Source: an uncultured Elusimicrobiales bacterium (lineage in GTDB: Bacteria > Elusimicrobiota > Elusimicrobia > Elusimicrobiales > Elusimicrobiaceae). From it: 42,080 nucleotides of DNA. Below the pieces are notes generated by a model. That model was not told the DNA's origin. It did not search any database and worked only from the letters and a program-made list of their open reading frames with translations. Positions within the stretch are counted from its first letter, which is position 1. The number at the start of each line of letters is the position of its first letter. Below, piece by piece: positions 34,737 to 42,080 of the stretch. The position numbers and the translations under genes are program-made. Location of the stretch: assembly GCA_905235355.1 (NCBI GenBank), contig CAJOLM010000004.1, positions 1 to 42,080 of the forward strand, given 5' to 3'.

Positions 34737-37382
34737 TTAATTATTTTCCCCCGTCAAACGCTCCAGCCGTCGGCGGGCAGTTTGGTTTTGCGGATAATAA
34801 AACAACACGTTTTGCAAATACTCTGTGGCACTTTCTTTATCCTCTGCTTTTTGCAAAAGGGAAGCCAGGGCCAAATTAGCAGACAAATCATCTGGATATT
34901 TATCCAACACCATTTCAAGCAGTTCTTTTGATTTAATATCATTTCCGGTTAATGAAAAATAACGCGCCAGCAAAATAGGTCCGTTGGTATCGTCCCGATA
35001 TGTTTTGATATATTCTTCCAAGTTGCTGCGCAATTTTTTTAGTGCTGTTTTAGAAGTGCCGCGCAAGTTTTGGATTTGGTCATAATATTTTTGTAACTCT
35101 TCGGCCTGCGCAATCACAGCAGGTATTTCTTCGTCACCAGTAGATATTTTTTTCAAACTGCGCAACAAGGATTTGTCCAGCGTATCCATAGTTAACGCTT
35201 GTACATAAATTGCTTCGGCATATTCCTTTTCACCGCGTTTTAAATAAATGGTACCCACCGCATGCCACAAGTTGGTGTCATACGGAAATAATTTAAGCCC
35301 TTGCTCCAGCAGGCTCATAGTTTCCGCTTCGGCGTAAATGATATCTTTTTTCACCAGTTCGGCCAGCGTTTCATAAGCTTCTAAATTAAATGGATTTAAT
35401 TGCAGCGTAGAACGGAAATACCGCACCGCTTTGGCAATATCTTTTTGGCCCAAGGCCGACACCGCTGCGTGCTCATACACTTCATCCCGATAAGCAGCAG
35501 CGGACAAGGTTTTTTCAAATGCTTCCAATGCCTGGGCATATTTTTCTTCTGATAAAAATAAATTACCCAAAATAAAACCCGCTTCGCTGTTAGCGCGGTA
35601 CATATGCAGTGCTGCGGATAAATCCTTTTGCGCGGCTGCGATATTTTTCCGTGCAATTTCTTTTTGTCCGCGGAAGGATAAAAATTGGCTGCCAATTACT
35701 AACCCCTGCCACACGATAATTAATGCACTGCCTGCCAGCACCACAAAGGCCACCGCTTTGGTGACAGGGTTCGTGGAAACTTCTATATTGGTTTCGGCAC
35801 GGCCCACACCGCTCACCTCGGCCCCAACTAACCACCAGAAAATAAAGGCCGGCACCACCGTATGCAGCGAAATGTTAAGCATATTGTCTGCCAGCATAGC
35901 CAAAATGCCGCAGAACAACGCTTGCAGCAGCTGCTTTTTATCCCCCTCTTTTTTTCGCGCAGCGAAATCGTGCACCTCTAAAAACAGCACCATAAACATA
36001 AACAGGAAAAGCCCCAGCCCCACAATGCCGCCTTGCGCCAGCTGGAAAAACAATTCATTGTGCGGCGATTGCGTAAGTGTTTTCATTTCCCGCAAATTCG
36101 GATATGCAAGCAAGGTTTGCGCTTGCGTGCGCGCAAAACCCGTCTGGAAATTGCCTAGTCCTATCCCGGTGACCGGACGTTTCAAAAATATATTTTTGGA
36201 CACGTCCCACATGTACAAGCGCTGGTGCAACGCCGGGAAAATATCTTCCCGCGCTACGTTTAAGGTAATGTTGGCGGGCGTCACTTGCGCCGTTTCGCTC
36301 ACACGGTTCACTACCGCGGTGCGGGTGCTTTGCACCAAAACAGGCAAATACGTCACCGCAAGCCCCAGCACGAGCAACCAAAACACGCGGCCTTTACGTT
36401 TCCAAATCAGCGCGCGCAAAGTACCAAACATCCACATCATCAGCAACCCCACACAGGCGGCTATCCAGCAAGAGCGGCACAAACTAAAGGACAAATAGAA
36501 AAGATACACCAGCACCAAAAATCCGTACACGCAAATATCGCGGCGGCTTTCCGTATGCATATAATAGGTTAGCAGCGCGGGCAGCAGCATGACTACGAAG
36601 GAAGATAAAAAGTTCGGATTGCCAAAAGTGGAAAAAGCTTTGCTGGCAAATTGCTGCATATCAAACGGCCACAGCACGTCTAGCCCAAAGCCTTGAAAGA
36701 CGCCATACATACACGCCAGCGCACACGCAATAAAACTAAGCACCAACACATTTTCCTGCGTGAGTTTACGCAAAATGCGCGTGCCCAGCCAAATGCCGGT
36801 CACCCATAGCACCAAGCCATACACGTCAAAAATATGCGCGAAAAATCCGCTTCCTGTCAGATGTGTTTTCAGCCACGGCAGCAGCAGCCACATCGCCCCC
36901 CATACAATAAATAACATAATGTAATGGGTTTTACTTTCAATGATGCCGCTAAACACAATATTTTTACTAAACACATACGCGCCCACCGCCACCAGTAGTA
37001 GCAGCGAGCCAAATTCCAACAAATTAAAAAATAAAGTTTGGCGCAAATATTGCGGCGCGGCCGATAAGGAAGACAGCCACCCCACAATGCAGGCCAAGAT
37101 ATACATCAGAAAAGCCAAATCAAAAAAGGTACGCGTGAAATTCAAGTGTCCGGCTTTCAAAAAGCGCACCGCAGACACACCGCACATACACGCCAGTAAT
37201 ATATAAAGGAGTACGCTCTGCACGGCAAAGGGATTGGCGGTCAAATCCGTAAAGAACAAGAGTGGCACCATCAAAAAACACATAGACAGCAGCACACGCA
37301 TTATTTTTATAAACACATCTTCGTTTGCAATTTTCGTCAACGGAAGCATGGCGCACCCCACCGGCTGTTTGCGCAGCCGCAA
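34737..37382 (-). CDS. O-antigen ligase / PglL-like membrane protein with C-terminal TPRs; start uncertain
   Basis: STFGNPNFLS, CRSCWIA, R.Y.W......KRP.TG.GLG.F, SPHNE..QLA.GG..G, then TPR-like helices. Confidence 0.88.
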   Translation of the reverse strand: MRLRKQPVGCAMLPLTKIANEDVFIKIMRVLLSMCFLMVPLLFFTDLTANPFAVQSVLLYILLACMCGVSAVRFLKAGHLNFTRTFFDLAFLMYILACIVGWLSSLSAAPQYLRQTLFFNLLEFGSLLLLVAVGAYVFSKNIVFSGIIESKTHYIMLFIVWGAMWLLLPWLKTHLTGSGFFAHIFDVYGLVLWVTGIWLGTRILRKLTQENVLVLSFIACALACMYGVFQGFGLDVLWPFDMQQFASKAFSTFGNPNFLSSFVVMLLPALLTYYMHTESRRDICVYGFLVLVYLFYLSFSLCRSCWIAACVGLLMMWMFGTLRALIWKRKGRVFWLLVLGLAVTYLPVLVQSTRTAVVNRVSETAQVTPANITLNVAREDIFPALHQRLYMWDVSKNIFLKRPVTGIGLGNFQTGFARTQAQTLLAYPNLREMKTLTQSPHNELFFQLAQGGIVGLGLFLFMFMVLFLEVHDFAARKKEGDKKQLLQALFCGILAMLADNMLNISLHTVVPAFIFWWLVGAEVSGVGRAETNIEVSTNPVTKAVAFVVLAGSALIIVWQGLVIGSQFLSFRGQKEIARKNIAAAQKDLSAALHMYRANSEAGFILGNLFLSEEKYAQALEAFEKTLSAAAYRDEVYEHAAVSALGQKDIAKAVRYFRSTLQLNPFNLEAYETLAELVKKDIIYAEAETMSLLEQGLKLFPYDTNLWHAVGTIYLKRGEKEYAEAIYVQALTMDTLDKSLLRSLKKISTGDEEIPAVIAQAEELQKYYDQIQNLRGTSKTALKKLRSNLEEYIKTYRDDTNGPILLARYFSLTGNDIKSKELLEMVLDKYPDDLSANLALASLLQKAEDKESATEYLQNVLFYYPQNQTARRRLERLTGENN

Positions 37383-37393
37383 ATCAGATCTGT

Positions 37394-37984
37394 TTATATT
37401 GTATTTTTTTTAAGACGGAAAGAAAAGATTTTTTTATTGGCTCCTTGAGAAACAAATAGGGTAGCTCCAATAGTCGCCCGTAGAATTAAGAACAGCATAA
37501 AAGGCATACTTCCATGGTCCGGCTCTGAGGCCAAATCAAAACGCCAACCATTTTTAACAAACCGATTTTCTGTCCCATTAGAAAAACTTAAATCCAATTC
37601 TTCTTGATTAGTGGCATACGTACCATTGGCTAAATAATAAGCCTCTTCCGCCATTTTGACCGAGCGCGCTAATTGCAAAGCGCCCATCACTTTTGTTTTA
37701 TCCACTGCGGCTTGATATTGCGGCAACGCAATGGCGGAGAGTATGCTGATAACGAGAACGGCCCCTAACAATTCTATGAGTGTAAATGCGTGATGCCACC
37801 CCCGAAGGTCGGTATCGGGGGTTTCAGCCGCTTTGTTTTTTATAAGGTTGAGATTCCCGAGTCCTGCGGCCCGCAGAGTATCCGCGCTCTGGGTGTTATA
37901 AAAGTTTTTCCTTATTAACAGCCTGGATTGCGGGACCAAGCCCGCAATGACGGCACTCCCATAGCCGCTCTTAATCTGTCTCAT
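37394..37984 (-). CDS. Type IV pilin with a 66 aa repeat-derived leader; C-terminus probably degenerate
   Basis: A|[30 protein letters not shown]...AEE.YYLANG.Y. No C-terminal Cys pair. Confidence 0.7.
   Translation of the reverse strand: MRQIKSGYGSAVIAGLVPQSRLLIRKNFYNTQSADTLRAAGLGNLNLIKNKAAETPDTDLRGWHHAFTLIELLGAVLVISILSAIALPQYQAAVDKTKVMGALQLARSVKMAEEAYYLANGTYATNQEELDLSFSNGTENRFVKNGWRFDLASEPDHGSMPFMLFLILRATIGATLFVSQGANKKIFSFRLKKNTI
37796..37952 (-). repeat. Composite REP-like element (family B and C relatives) in frame in the pilin leader
   Basis: CGGGAATCTCAACCTTATAAAAAACAAAGCGGCTGAAACCCCCGATA..TCGGGGGTGG matches 4317-4377. GTCATTGCGGG..CCCGCAATCC..TGTTAATAAGGAAAAAC resembles 4147-4220. 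Confidence 0.85.
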
Positions 37985-38013
37985 ATGTACTAAACCCTAA
38001 CACCGGGTAGTAC

Positions 38014-38042
38014 AAAAATCCGCTGCTAACCAGCGGATTTTT
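38014..38042. terminator. Bidirectional terminator-like hairpin
   Basis: AAAAATCCGCTG-CTAAC-CAGCGGATTTTT. Confidence 0.7.
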
Positions 38043-38103
38043 ATTGCTTATGTGAGCAAAGTCCCAATGCCAACAGACCCATTTTTTGCGTATCGTCGGG
38101 GGT

Positions 38104-38133
38104 TTGCCTAACTTAAGAGCGAATAGCTATAAT
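38104..38133 (+). promoter_or_regulatory. Putative sigma70 promoter of nrdAB
   Basis: TTGCCT, 18 bp spacer, TATAAT (38128-38133). Confidence 0.5.
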
Positions 38134-38174
38134 AAAAGGACATACCTATTTTTATCGTAAGTAAGGACGTTTGT

Positions 38175-40466
38175 ATGCAAACAATAACTAAACCCCAAAC
38201 GGACAACACAGCCGTGGCTGCCGCGCCCGAAACCCCCGCAGTTACCCCCGTAACCGGCACCATTCTAGAGCAATTTATTGAGAAAGCTACTGCCGGGCTT
38301 GACGTGAAATCTGCCGCCCTGCGTGAGAAAATTTTGCCGCTGTTAAAGGCCGATACCACCGCTCAGGAAGCGCTCAAACACTTAATCTCGGTCGCGGTCA
38401 GCTTAACCTCAGCCCAGGCACCCGATTGGAAATATGTGGCCGGACGGCTGAAAATGCTGGAAATTTACCGTCAAAGCGGCCGCAACCCGCTGTATGACTA
38501 CCCAAAAACGCTGGCCCAAAATATCGCTAACGGCGTATATACAGATAATATTACCGCTAAATACACCGCCCAGGAAATTGCCGAGGCTGCCAGCTGGCAA
38601 AACCCGGCCTGGGATATGGAGTATGACTATGCGGGCGCTAACTTGCTGGTCAAACGCTATTTATGTGAGTGGCACGACAACGTGGCCGAGCTGCCGCAAG
38701 ACGTGTTCCTCACGATTGCGCTGCTGATTCATCAGGATTCCCCCAAAAACAAGCGCATGGCCTGGGCCAAAGAAACCTATGAGCTGCTGGCTAAACGCAA
38801 AATTTCTTTAGGCACCCCGCTACTGATGAATTTGCGCCGCCCGCATGGCAATTTAAGCTCTTGTTTTATTACAGTGATGGACGACAGCCGCGACAGTATT
38901 TTTTATGTCATTGACCAAATTTCCGCCATTTCCAAATTCGGTGGCGGCGTGGGCTGCAACCTCTCCCGCGTGCGCTGCAAAGGCGCGCGTATTAAAGGGG
39001 TCAAAAATGCGTCCGGCGGCGTAATCCCGTGGATTCGCATTATTAACGATACCGCCGTGGCCGTCAACCAACAAGGCAAACGCAAAGGCGCTGTCACCGT
39101 ATCGCTGGATATTTGGCATTTAGACATTGAGGACTTTTTGGAGCTGCGTACCGAAAACGGCGACCAGCGCATGAAAGCGTACGACGTTTTCCCGCAAGTG
39201 ATTATCCCCGATGCTTTTATGAAGCGTATGCTCGCCGGGCAAGATTGGCTGCTGGTGGACCCGAGCGAAATCAAACGCACGTACGGCAAAGAATTAGGCG
39301 CGTTGTGGGGCGCGGAATTTGACGCGCTGTATGAGCAAATTTACGCCGACGCAAAAGCCGGCAAGCTGGAGCTTTTCAAATTTGTAAACGCTAAAGAAAT
39401 GATGAAGAAAATTATGCGTTCGCAAATTGAAACCGGCATGCCGTATTTGGCTTTCAAAGATACTTTAAACCGCTACAACCCCAACAAGCACGACGGGTTG
39501 ATTGTGGGCACGAACCTGTGCACAGAATCGCATAGCAATGTTCGTCCGACAGTGCTGGGCGATAAGAAAATTGTGGACGGAAAAATTGTGTCCGAAGCCA
39601 ACGAGGGCTTAATCCACGTCTGCAATTTAATTTCGGTCAATTTAGCCAATATCGCTGACGACGAAGAATTACAAAAAGTCTGCCGCGCGTCCGTGCGTTT
39701 GTTAGACAACGCTATTGACCTGACCGACGTGCCCGTGCCGGAAGGGTCGCTACATAACCGCCGCTACCGCACCATTGGCGTGGGAGCTATGGGGTTGGCC
39801 GATTGGCTGGCTAAACGCGACATTACCTATATGAAGTCAGCCCAAGCGGTAGATGAGCTGTTTGAAAAATTTGCCGCATACTGCACGCAAGCGTCCATTG
39901 ACCTGGCCGCCGAAAAAGGAACCTTTGAAGCGTATCAAGGCTCGGACTGGAGCAAAGGCATTATCCTCGGGCGTGACCGCGCCTGGTTTACCGCCAACGG
40001 AAAATTGCAAAAAGAGTGGAACAAAATTTTTGACGATTTAGCCAAACACGGCATCCGCAATAGCCAAATCACGGCTATTGCGCCCAATACCAGCTCGTCA
40101 CTGCTGCAAGGATGCACAGCATCTGTACTGCCCATTTATAGCAAATTCTTTGTAGAAACACACGGCAAAGGCAGCGTTCCCAATTGTCCGCCGTTTATCA
40201 AAGAAAAATTTTGGACGTATCAGGAAAACCGCAATATCCCCCAAACCACCGTTATTGACGTGTTGTCGCACCTCAACAAGTGGATTGATACCGGCGTGTC
40301 CATTGAGTTGGTGTATAACCTGAATATGGACGTGCGCGCCAAGGACATTTACGACACGATCGTCAGTGCCTGGCAAAAAGAAATCAAAACGCTGTACTAT
40401 ACCAGAACGATTCAAAAAGACGGCAGCTCCGCCACCAAAGAAGAGTGCGTCAGCTGCGCCAGTTAA
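38175..40466 (+). CDS. nrdA: Class I ribonucleoside-diphosphate reductase alpha subunit
   Basis: TP.LMN...NLSSCF, GGGVG, NQQGKRKGA, TNLCTE, VCNL.S.NL, IAPNTSSS, KTLYY and C-terminal CVSC. Confidence 0.96.
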   Translation: MQTITKPQTDNTAVAAAPETPAVTPVTGTILEQFIEKATAGLDVKSAALREKILPLLKADTTAQEALKHLISVAVSLTSAQAPDWKYVAGRLKMLEIYRQSGRNPLYDYPKTLAQNIANGVYTDNITAKYTAQEIAEAASWQNPAWDMEYDYAGANLLVKRYLCEWHDNVAELPQDVFLTIALLIHQDSPKNKRMAWAKETYELLAKRKISLGTPLLMNLRRPHGNLSSCFITVMDDSRDSIFYVIDQISAISKFGGGVGCNLSRVRCKGARIKGVKNASGGVIPWIRIINDTAVAVNQQGKRKGAVTVSLDIWHLDIEDFLELRTENGDQRMKAYDVFPQVIIPDAFMKRMLAGQDWLLVDPSEIKRTYGKELGALWGAEFDALYEQIYADAKAGKLELFKFVNAKEMMKKIMRSQIETGMPYLAFKDTLNRYNPNKHDGLIVGTNLCTESHSNVRPTVLGDKKIVDGKIVSEANEGLIHVCNLISVNLANIADDEELQKVCRASVRLLDNAIDLTDVPVPEGSLHNRRYRTIGVGAMGLADWLAKRDITYMKSAQAVDELFEKFAAYCTQASIDLAAEKGTFEAYQGSDWSKGIILGRDRAWFTANGKLQKEWNKIFDDLAKHGIRNSQITAIAPNTSSSLLQGCTASVLPIYSKFFVETHGKGSVPNCPPFIKEKFWTYQENRNIPQTTVIDVLSHLNKWIDTGVSIELVYNLNMDVRAKDIYDTIVSAWQKEIKTLYYTRTIQKDGSSATKEECVSCAS

Positions 40467-40474
40467 GAGGAACT

Positions 40475-41509
40475 ATGAAAGAAAAAAGATTATTTAACAT
40501 TTTTGGTGATGACACGATTCAGCACCGCCAAATGGTCGGCGGTAACGTGACCAATTTGTTCAACCTCAACAATGTAAAATACTCGTGGGGTAACAAAATT
40601 TACCGCGTGATGATGGAGAACTTTTGGATTCCGGAAAAAGTATCTCTCTTTGACGATAAGCGCACCTATGGCGAGCTAACCGAAGCCGAACGCAAAGCCT
40701 ATGACGGCATTTTGTCCTTCCTCGTGTTTTTGGACTCTATTCAAACCAACAATTTGCCGCACATCAGCGATTATATTACCGCACCGGAAGTAAACCTCGT
40801 GCTTGCGCTGCAAACGTATCAAGAGGCCGTACACTCCCAAAGTTATGCCTACATCATTGAAAGCATTATCCCGACGGAAAAACGCAATGAAATTTATGAT
40901 AAATGGCGTGAGGACCCCGTGCTGTTAGAGCGCAACCAATACATCGCTAACATTTATCAAAAATTTTTAGATGACCGCACCGAGAAAAACTTTGCACGCG
41001 TGCTGATTGCTAACTTCCTGCTGGAAGGCATTTACTTCTATAACGGGTTTAATTTCTTCTACAATTTAGCCTCGCGCAGCCTGATGATTGGCACCGCCGA
41101 CGAAATTAAATACATCAACCGCGACGAGCTGGTGCATTGTGCCTTATTCTCCCGCATGATTAAAGAGATTTGGAGCGAAAACCCGGATTTCTTTGACAAA
41201 GACGAAGTGTATAAAATGTTTGAAACCGCCGCCGAACAGGAAATGGCGTGGAGCAATCACATCATTGGCGACGGCGTGGTGGGCATCAACAATGAAACCA
41301 CCGAGCAATACACCAAGTTTATCACTAACCAACGCTTGCAGGAAATCGGCCTAAACCCGATTTACAGTGGCTTTGATAAAACGCCCTATCCGCACTTGGA
41401 AAAAATTGCCGACACCAATGGCGACGGAAATGTAAAAAGCAATTTCTTTGAAGCCAATGTATCCTCTTACAATCAAAGCTCTGCCGTGGACGGCTGGGAA
41501 GATCTGTAA
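40475..41509 (+). CDS. nrdB: Class I ribonucleotide reductase beta subunit
   Basis: NFW.PE, FLDSIQ, EAVHSQSY (radical Tyr), LEGIYFY.GF, INRDE.VH and NFFE..V..Y. Confidence 0.96.
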   Translation: MKEKRLFNIFGDDTIQHRQMVGGNVTNLFNLNNVKYSWGNKIYRVMMENFWIPEKVSLFDDKRTYGELTEAERKAYDGILSFLVFLDSIQTNNLPHISDYITAPEVNLVLALQTYQEAVHSQSYAYIIESIIPTEKRNEIYDKWREDPVLLERNQYIANIYQKFLDDRTEKNFARVLIANFLLEGIYFYNGFNFFYNLASRSLMIGTADEIKYINRDELVHCALFSRMIKEIWSENPDFFDKDEVYKMFETAAEQEMAWSNHIIGDGVVGINNETTEQYTKFITNQRLQEIGLNPIYSGFDKTPYPHLEKIADTNGDGNVKSNFFEANVSSYNQSSAVDGWEDL

Positions 41510-41538
41510 GACGTAAGTATAAAATTAATATACAATAC

Positions 41539-41565
41539 AACCCCCGCTTGACGGCGGGGGTTTTT
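41539..41565 (+). terminator. Rho-independent terminator between nrdB and the convergent pilin
   Basis: AACCCCCGC-TTGACG-GCGGGGGTTTTT. Confidence 0.85.
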
Positions 41566-41569
41566 GTCA

Positions 41570-42079
41570 CTAGAACTTGTATAAATTCCAGCCGCCGTTT
41601 GTATCTGATACAGTGGTCCGGTCAGTGATGCGTTTGCATAAATCATTTTGGTCGCTCCGAGTTTGTTCAGCCATACAAGTTCTACTCCCGGTGTACCAAT
41701 GACCATATCCGGCCACTCCCCAGCAAAAAACCCCGCTTCCTACTTCACCATGATGAAGTCCGGAGGCAAAATAACACTCCATTTTAGAATTAGCCATATA
41801 ATATACTTTTCCGTCTTGTGTTGTTTTTTTAGCGGTAAAATCTCCCGGTAAATTTACATCTAAACTATTAAAATCAAAGCTGTAGCTGCCATTGGCCATT
41901 CTGTACGCTTTTTGGGCGGTAAAAATACTTTCTGCCAGCACCATTAAATTGGTATAGCGCGCCTTGGAAACAGCTGTTTGATATTGCGGCAACGCAATGG
42001 CAGCTAGGATACCGATTATAAGGACAACAACGAGTAATTCAATAAGCGTAAATGCGCGCTTGCTGTCATCAAACCAGGG
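41570..42079 (-). CDS. Type IV pilin, 5'-partial (start lies beyond the window)
   Basis: The frame is open to the window edge: PWFDDSKRA|[28 protein letters not shown]..., with C-terminal cysteines. Confidence 0.92.
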   Translation of the reverse strand, partial: PWFDDSKRAFTLIELLVVVLIIGILAAIALPQYQTAVSKARYTNLMVLAESIFTAQKAYRMANGSYSFDFNSLDVNLPGDFTAKKTTQDGKVYYMANSKMECYFASGLHHGEVGSGVFCWGVAGYGHWYTGSRTCMAEQTRSDQNDLCKRITDRTTVSDTNGGWNLYKF

Positions 42080-42080
42080 A

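Noticed and set aside
38045-38112. c-di-GMP-I riboswitch upstream of the pilin (minus strand GGCAAAC...ACGCAAA...GGTCT, followed by a terminator)
   Set aside because: The GNRA-capped P2 stem cannot be formed and the region overlaps the predicted nrdA -35. An Infernal search against Rfam would settle it.
38175-41509. nrdAB as phage auxiliary genes
   Set aside because: They are ~18 kb from the module, separated by the pilus operon, and have their own promoter and terminator.

Overview
Most of the window (about 1170-42080) looks like an Elusimicrobiota (Elusimicrobium/Avelusimicrobium-like) chromosome, inferred from its pilin family. The first ~1.17 kb is foreign and joined at two apparent chimeric junctions: a transketolase fragment, then a Bacteroidota-type segment (acyl-CoA ligase 5' end, deoxynucleoside kinase, MBL hydrolase 5' end). 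Left to right the main part holds: a truncated O-antigen-ligase/PglL-like gene; two tandem type IV pilins (one frameshifted); a small GIY-YIG nuclease embedded in REP-like palindromic repeats; a ~15.3 kb minus-strand podovirus-type (BPP-1/T7-like) structural module; a type IV pilus/T2SS-like operon (PilMN fusion, PilO, PilP-like, secretin, PilB, PilC, six minor pilins, an HEXXH metallopeptidase); a second O-antigen-ligase/TPR gene; a pilin whose leader is built from the same REP-like repeats; nrdAB; and a final partial pilin. The phage module has TerS, TerL, portal, scaffold, capsid, decoration, adaptor, nozzle, two ejection proteins, tail fibre and holin-like genes. It has no integrase, replication, repressor or endolysin gene, it carries two perfect sigma70 promoters, and it is interrupted by antisense genes. 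The best candidate for an undescribed system is this module as a domesticated podoviral gene-transfer-agent-like element beside the pilus locus. The second is the GIY-YIG/palindromic-repeat family that enters pilin leader peptides in frame. All family assignments are by motif recognition only; no database searches were run.
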